64,000 nt of DNA, taken from Elainellaceae cyanobacterium (GTDB lineage: Bacteria; Cyanobacteriota; Cyanobacteriia; CAKZMO01). The position numbers and the translations under genes are program-made. A model generated the notes under the pieces. The model did no database searches, was not told the origin of the DNA, and was given only the letters and a program-made list of their open reading frames with translations. The stretch lies in assembly GCA_050330955.1 (NCBI GenBank), contig JBHJHJ010000022.1, forward strand, positions 117-64,116, written 5' to 3'. Each line of letters starts with the position of its first letter. Position 1 is the stretch's first letter. Of this stretch, positions 60,057-64,000 are shown one piece after another.

Positions 60057-60995
60057 TCACAAATGAGTATCCTCTAAACCTTGTGCAGATGTCGGTATAT
60101 TAGCCATCGCTCCCTCCCGCCAGGGCCGCACAAACTCGGGGCATCGGTCGCAGCAGTTGGGGCTGATGCAGGGGGTGTCGCCGTTGGGGCAGAGCTTGCA
60201 GCACATCGACTGGGTCTTGAGGCGGGTGACCTGCTGATAGAGTTCTGCTGCCGCCAGCATGGCTAGGGGTGGCGTAAAGTAGTAGAGCCAAAAAGCGGTC
60301 CAGATCTGGGCCGGCAGGGCTGAGGCAAAGGTGCGGGCGGGGTTAATGCTCATGCCGGAGATGGGGGCTTCTAGGGCAATGTAAGTCGCGACGAGAAACC
60401 CTGAAAAGACTCCCGTGAAGCGGGCCAGCCGCTTGGTGTTGCTGGTAATAAGCACCATGAGAATAAGGCCAAAGGACATGGCAAATTCCGCTATCAGCGC
60501 AGCCCAGATGCCCCACGGCCCAGGCACCGTGACCACATAGTTGACGGGGGGAGTGGTGAAGGGGCGTTCTAAAAGAATGGCCACCAGCACCACCCCTGCC
60601 AATCCGCCCAGACACTGAAATATCACGTAAAACAGCGCATCCCAGGGAGCGACCTTCTTGAGACGGAAGAAGGTTAGGGTCACCGCCGGATTGATGTGCG
60701 CTCCCGATCGCTTACCCCAGGGGGAATAGATGATAGCGATCGCGGTGAGCCCCATGGCGATGCCCATCGCAACGCCCCGCAGAAAAACGGAAGGGATCCA
60801 ATCGATGACGGGAGAGGCGGGGGCGTAGAGGAGGGTGGCGAAGATCCCTGCGGAAACCATGAACATACCCAGCCCCCAGGCTTCCATGAGGTATTCGGGC
60901 CAATGTTCCCTTAACGCTTTCCACATGAGAATTATCTGATGAAGTTCTTGGAGGTGTCTCGCATAGGAGACCGACAGATCGCGAGGTATTGTCAA
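60057..60995 (-). CDS. MIP-family channel (aquaporin-like) with a Cys-rich C-terminal tail
   Basis: Two NPA boxes (SGAHINPAVT, SGMSINPART). Six TM helices. Tail CCKLCPNGDTPCISPNCCDRCPEF. The start may be the internal MWKAL at 60926. Confidence 0.8.
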   Translation of the reverse strand: MTIPRDLSVSYARHLQELHQIILMWKALREHWPEYLMEAWGLGMFMVSAGIFATLLYAPASPVIDWIPSVFLRGVAMGIAMGLTAIAIIYSPWGKRSGAHINPAVTLTFFRLKKVAPWDALFYVIFQCLGGLAGVVLVAILLERPFTTPPVNYVVTVPGPWGIWAALIAEFAMSFGLILMVLITSNTKRLARFTGVFSGFLVATYIALEAPISGMSINPARTFASALPAQIWTAFWLYYFTPPLAMLAAAELYQQVTRLKTQSMCCKLCPNGDTPCISPNCCDRCPEFVRPWREGAMANIPTSAQGLEDTHL

Positions 60996-61199
60996 GTTTC
61001 AATTAGTGCTTTTGAGCATATCCCAAAGATAGAGACTGGAGATGAGCAGCATCTCATTTGAGGGATACGCTGGTAGCCATGATCTTGACCCAGCCCGAGC
61101 GGTAAAATCGTACTGCGTTAGCCCTTCTTGCATCGGCTTTTATGACGTCGGTCTTTATCGCGTTGACCTGTTCAAGCTGACGCACCATATTTTTGCTCT

Positions 61200-62123
61200 A
61201 TGTCCTTAGACACCCTGCTCAACCCATTCGAGTTCTACACTATCCCCCTCGATGATTGGATTAACGCAGCGGTTGACTTTCTAGTGGAGAACTTCCGCCC
61301 GCTGTTTCAAGCCATCAGCATCCCGATTAGCTGGGTGCTGGAGACTATCCAGTCGGCGCTGCTAGCCGTGCCGCCCTTGGTGCTGCTAGTGCTAATAGGC
61401 TTAGCGGCGTGGCAGCTTGCGGGCTGGCGCATTGGTTTAGGCAGCCTGCTGGCACTGATGGGGATTGGCTTTGTGGGGGCTTGGGAGCAGGCGCTGGTGT
61501 CCCTTTCCCTGGTACTCACAGCGCTTATTGTGTGTATTCTGTTGGGCATTCCGCTGGGGGTGGCCTGCGCCAGCAGCGATCGCATCGAGTCGGTGGCCCG
61601 CCCCATCCTCGATACGATGCAGACGGTGCCCACCTTTGTGTACCTAGTGCCGGTCGTGATGCTATTTGGCATCGGCGACGTGCCTGGGGTAATTGCCACT
61701 ATCACCTATGCCCTGCCGCCGCTAATTCGCCTCACCAACCTGGGGATCCGTCAGGTGCCAGAAGAGGTGGTGGAGGCGGCGATCGCCTTTGGCTCTACGC
61801 CGCGTCAGGTGCTGTGGGAAGCAAAGCTGCCTTTGGCCCTGCCTACCATTTTGGCGGGGGTCAATCAAACGGTTCTGTTCGCCCTGGGGATGTCGGTGAT
61901 TACGGCCATGATTGCGGTGCCGGGGCTGGGGTTAATGGTGCTGCAGGGGGTGGGGCGGTTGGATGTGGGACTCGCAGCAGTGGGAGGCCTAGGCATTGTG
62001 GTGTTGGCCATTATCTTGGATCGTATCACTCAGGCGGTGGGTAAAGGGCAAAAGACGCCCTGGCGCGAGCGGGGGCCAATTGGGCTTGTGCTAAGTCGAT
62101 TTACAGGGAAGGTGACAACGTGA
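61200..62123 (+). CDS. ABC transporter permease, glycine-betaine/proline (ProW/OpuAB) type
   Basis: ProW-like N-terminus (FYTIPLDDWINAAVDFLVENFRPLF). EAA-like loop region. Six TM helices. Confidence 0.85.
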   Translation: MSLDTLLNPFEFYTIPLDDWINAAVDFLVENFRPLFQAISIPISWVLETIQSALLAVPPLVLLVLIGLAAWQLAGWRIGLGSLLALMGIGFVGAWEQALVSLSLVLTALIVCILLGIPLGVACASSDRIESVARPILDTMQTVPTFVYLVPVVMLFGIGDVPGVIATITYALPPLIRLTNLGIRQVPEEVVEAAIAFGSTPRQVLWEAKLPLALPTILAGVNQTVLFALGMSVITAMIAVPGLGLMVLQGVGRLDVGLAAVGGLGIVVLAIILDRITQAVGKGQKTPWRERGPIGLVLSRFTGKVTT

Positions 62124-62253
62124 GGTCAATACACTGCCGTCAAGACCCCGGTACCACACATTGTTGAAAATGACGCAGCGGCTGACCCGAAACTAGCGTG
62201 ATCCGCCGGTTTGCACTTCGTAGGATATTCTCAAGCGCAAGAGGCTATGAGCA

Positions 62254-62616
62254 ATGTCCTTCTTCCAGAGTTTGTTGGTTCGTCTATTGGTTCAGAGCGC
62301 ACTAATGGGTGTCCACATCCGCTACGAGTACGCCAAGCGCCTTGCCGACGCCTTTAGCTTGCTCACCGCAGTGCTCACCTTCGACCCCAACGGGCACGTC
62401 GCTGGGGTAATTCTACAGGAGGTGCTGGAGGACGCCGTTTTTACCTCCGGGGCCGCTGTGCTTCCCTCGCTACGCGGAATGCTGCAGCTGCAGGGCTGGA
62501 GCATGATGCTGGCGCTGTGGCTGAAAACGAGACCTTTGGTAGAGCGTCTAAGGTCTCACAGCGAAGTCGGCTACACCTTTACCAGCACGCGATCGCCGTC
62601 GATTTTCGCTTCGTAG
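62254..62616 (+). CDS. Hypothetical ORF (120 aa), doubtful. It overlaps the 3' end of the convergent Rieske gene by 46 nt.
   Basis: Open frame with GC-rich third positions. No domain recognised. Confidence 0.2.
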   Translation: MSFFQSLLVRLLVQSALMGVHIRYEYAKRLADAFSLLTAVLTFDPNGHVAGVILQEVLEDAVFTSGAAVLPSLRGMLQLQGWSMMLALWLKTRPLVERLRSHSEVGYTFTSTRSPSIFAS

Positions 62617-63020
62617 GTTTTTAGGGGCTCAGACGCTGGACCTGTGGCAACGCTGCCGTCAGCAAAAAAGTTTGAGCCATGGCAGGGGCAGGCGAAGACT
62701 TCGCCGTCCCACTTGACGGTACAGCCCTGGTGGGTGCAAAGGGTATTGACGGCCACAACCCCTTCCGCTGCTCGAGCGACCGCCACCTGCTCACCTTTAA
62801 AGTTCTGCTTGGCGATCGAGCCCTCGTCTAACTCGCTCACCGTACCGATGGCGGCAAAGCCCTCGGCGTCTGGGGTATCGTCTAGCTCAGCGGTTTCGCT
62901 CTCCGGTTCGCTCCCAGCGTCGGTGGTGTCGGGGTCGGGCTGGCAGGCGGCGATCGCCACGGGCAGTGAGGTGGCCAATGCGCCAAAGCCTACCCAGTTC
63001 ATGAATTCGCGTCGTTTCAT
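62571..63020 (-). CDS. Exported Rieske [2Fe-2S] domain lipoprotein
   Basis: Tat motif KRREFM plus lipobox AIAAC. Rieske boxes CTHQGC and CPCHGS. Confidence 0.8.
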   Translation of the reverse strand: MKRREFMNWVGFGALATSLPVAIAACQPDPDTTDAGSEPESETAELDDTPDAEGFAAIGTVSELDEGSIAKQNFKGEQVAVARAAEGVVAVNTLCTHQGCTVKWDGEVFACPCHGSNFFADGSVATGPASEPLKTYEAKIDGDRVLVKV

Positions 63021-63151
63021 CGAAAGTTCATTCCATAATTTGTAGATCGGGTTGGAGCACCGGTAGGGTGCCGTTAGCGCAGCGCAACGCACCAGAACAA
63101 ACAGTTTAAGGTCAAGCGCAAGATGCCGTTAGCGCAACGCACCAGGGCAAG

Positions 63152-64000
63152 TCAATCTCCCACAATAATGCCATCAACATGGTTGGTTTCGGTGCTAGCT
63201 TTACCAAAGCCCTCGAACCAGCCGTAATGCCGCACCGCTGCGATCGCCACAAACAGCAGATCTAGGCCCACTACCCCAGCAATTACTAGGGCCGAGCCCC
63301 CGGTGCCAAAGCCATAGCTGTGTAGCCCGGTGCCCAGCACAAAGTTCACCCCGTACCAGGCCATTAGCACGGCGTTGAACGACACCACGCTAGAGACGTT
63401 GATGCCAAAGTCTCCCATCCAGCCCGTCAGCCGACTGTGGAGCGGCGCCAAGTAGCAGAGCAGGGCAATTAGCGCCCAGGTCTCCTTCGGATCCCAGCCC
63501 CAGAAGCGGCCCCAGGAGAAATGAGCCCAAATTCCGCCCAGGATAATGCCCGCCGTCAGCAGCAGCACCCCCACCTGGAGAACGCGGTAGTTGAGCTGGG
63601 ACAAGGTTTTGATCCGCTTCTTAGCGTTGGGGGCAAACAGATAGTTACCCAGGGCGACGTGGCCCAACCCTAGGGCTAGGGCAAAGCTGGCGTAGCTGAG
63701 GGCAATGGTGGGCACGTGAATGCTAAGCCAGAAGTTGTCCCGCAGCACGGGCACCAGCGGCGAAATGCCGGGGTCGAGCACGGCGGGGAGGCTGTCGGCC
63801 AAAATCAGACAGGCCATGGCTAAGGGAGCCGCCGCCAGCAGGTAGTAGCGGCTGCGGGAGGTAAGCTCAAACAGCAGGGCGATCGCCGCAATGCCAAAGC
63901 CAACCCACACCACCGACTCGTACATGTTGGTTACGGGGGGCCGACCGGCAATCTGCATCCGCAGGAAGAAACCGTAGCACTGCACCCCAATCCCCGCCGT
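63152..64000 (-). CDS. ccsA: Cytochrome c biogenesis protein CcsA (ResC), partial. The 5' end lies beyond the right edge of the window.
   Basis: Trp-rich WWD motif WGRFWGWDPKETWALI. Multiple TM helices. The frame is still open at position 64000. Confidence 0.85.
   Translation of the reverse strand, partial: TAGIGVQCYGFFLRMQIAGRPPVTNMYESVVWVGFGIAAIALLFELTSRSRYYLLAAAPLAMACLILADSLPAVLDPGISPLVPVLRDNFWLSIHVPTIALSYASFALALGLGHVALGNYLFAPNAKKRIKTLSQLNYRVLQVGVLLLTAGIILGGIWAHFSWGRFWGWDPKETWALIALLCYLAPLHSRLTGWMGDFGINVSSVVSFNAVLMAWYGVNFVLGTGLHSYGFGTGGSALVIAGVVGLDLLFVAIAAVRHYGWFEGFGKASTETNHVDGIIVGD

Noticed and set aside
1-64000. CRISPR array / cas genes
   Set aside because: No direct-repeat/spacer periodicity seen anywhere. 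The only tandem repeats are intragenic and protein-coding (TPR repeats, EIS-peptide repeats, the 21-bp duplication).

Overview
This window reads as chromosomal DNA from a GC-rich cyanobacterium. The HIP1 octamer GCGATCGC is very abundant: I counted more than 35 copies by eye in the first 22 kb. Gene content and order are cyanobacterial: a bamA(omp85)-lpxC-fabZ-lpxA-lpxB cluster, an ndhA-ndhI-ndhG-ndhE-nadK cluster, ccsA and a DUF4278 protein. About 55 protein-coding genes are supportable, most of them housekeeping (ffh, gltA, coaD, rsmG, pyrR, fni and others). I saw no rRNA, tRNA or CRISPR array. Several patches are not housekeeping. (1) A convergent Ser/Thr kinase and a 1319-aa STAND NTPase with a CHAT-like domain that lacks both catalytic residues, an NB-ARC P-loop and eight 120-bp tandem TPR repeats. 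Upstream of it lies a decayed, frameshifted spacer, then a two-gene cassette: an unknown N-domain fused to a TIR-like (MTH538/NDT-type) domain, followed 4 bp later by a SixA-type histidine phosphatase. This is my best candidate for an undescribed conflict or signalling system. (2) A standalone TRPM-type SLOG (LSDAT) domain protein at the tail of the lipid A operon. (3) A class III adenylate cyclase whose periplasmic sensor carries a CXXCH c-type haem motif. (4) A divergent sigma-70-like protein with a small partner next to the ndh operon. (5) A four-gene two-component cluster containing a receiver whose acidic pocket is altered (ENN in place of EDD). (6) An aquaporin with a Cys-rich C-terminal tail, possibly heading an operon of three redox enzymes. 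Short in-frame repeats sharing the core ATTTCAGG/CTGAAAT recur in three unrelated genes. All calls come from reading the translations and DNA by eye. No database search was run.
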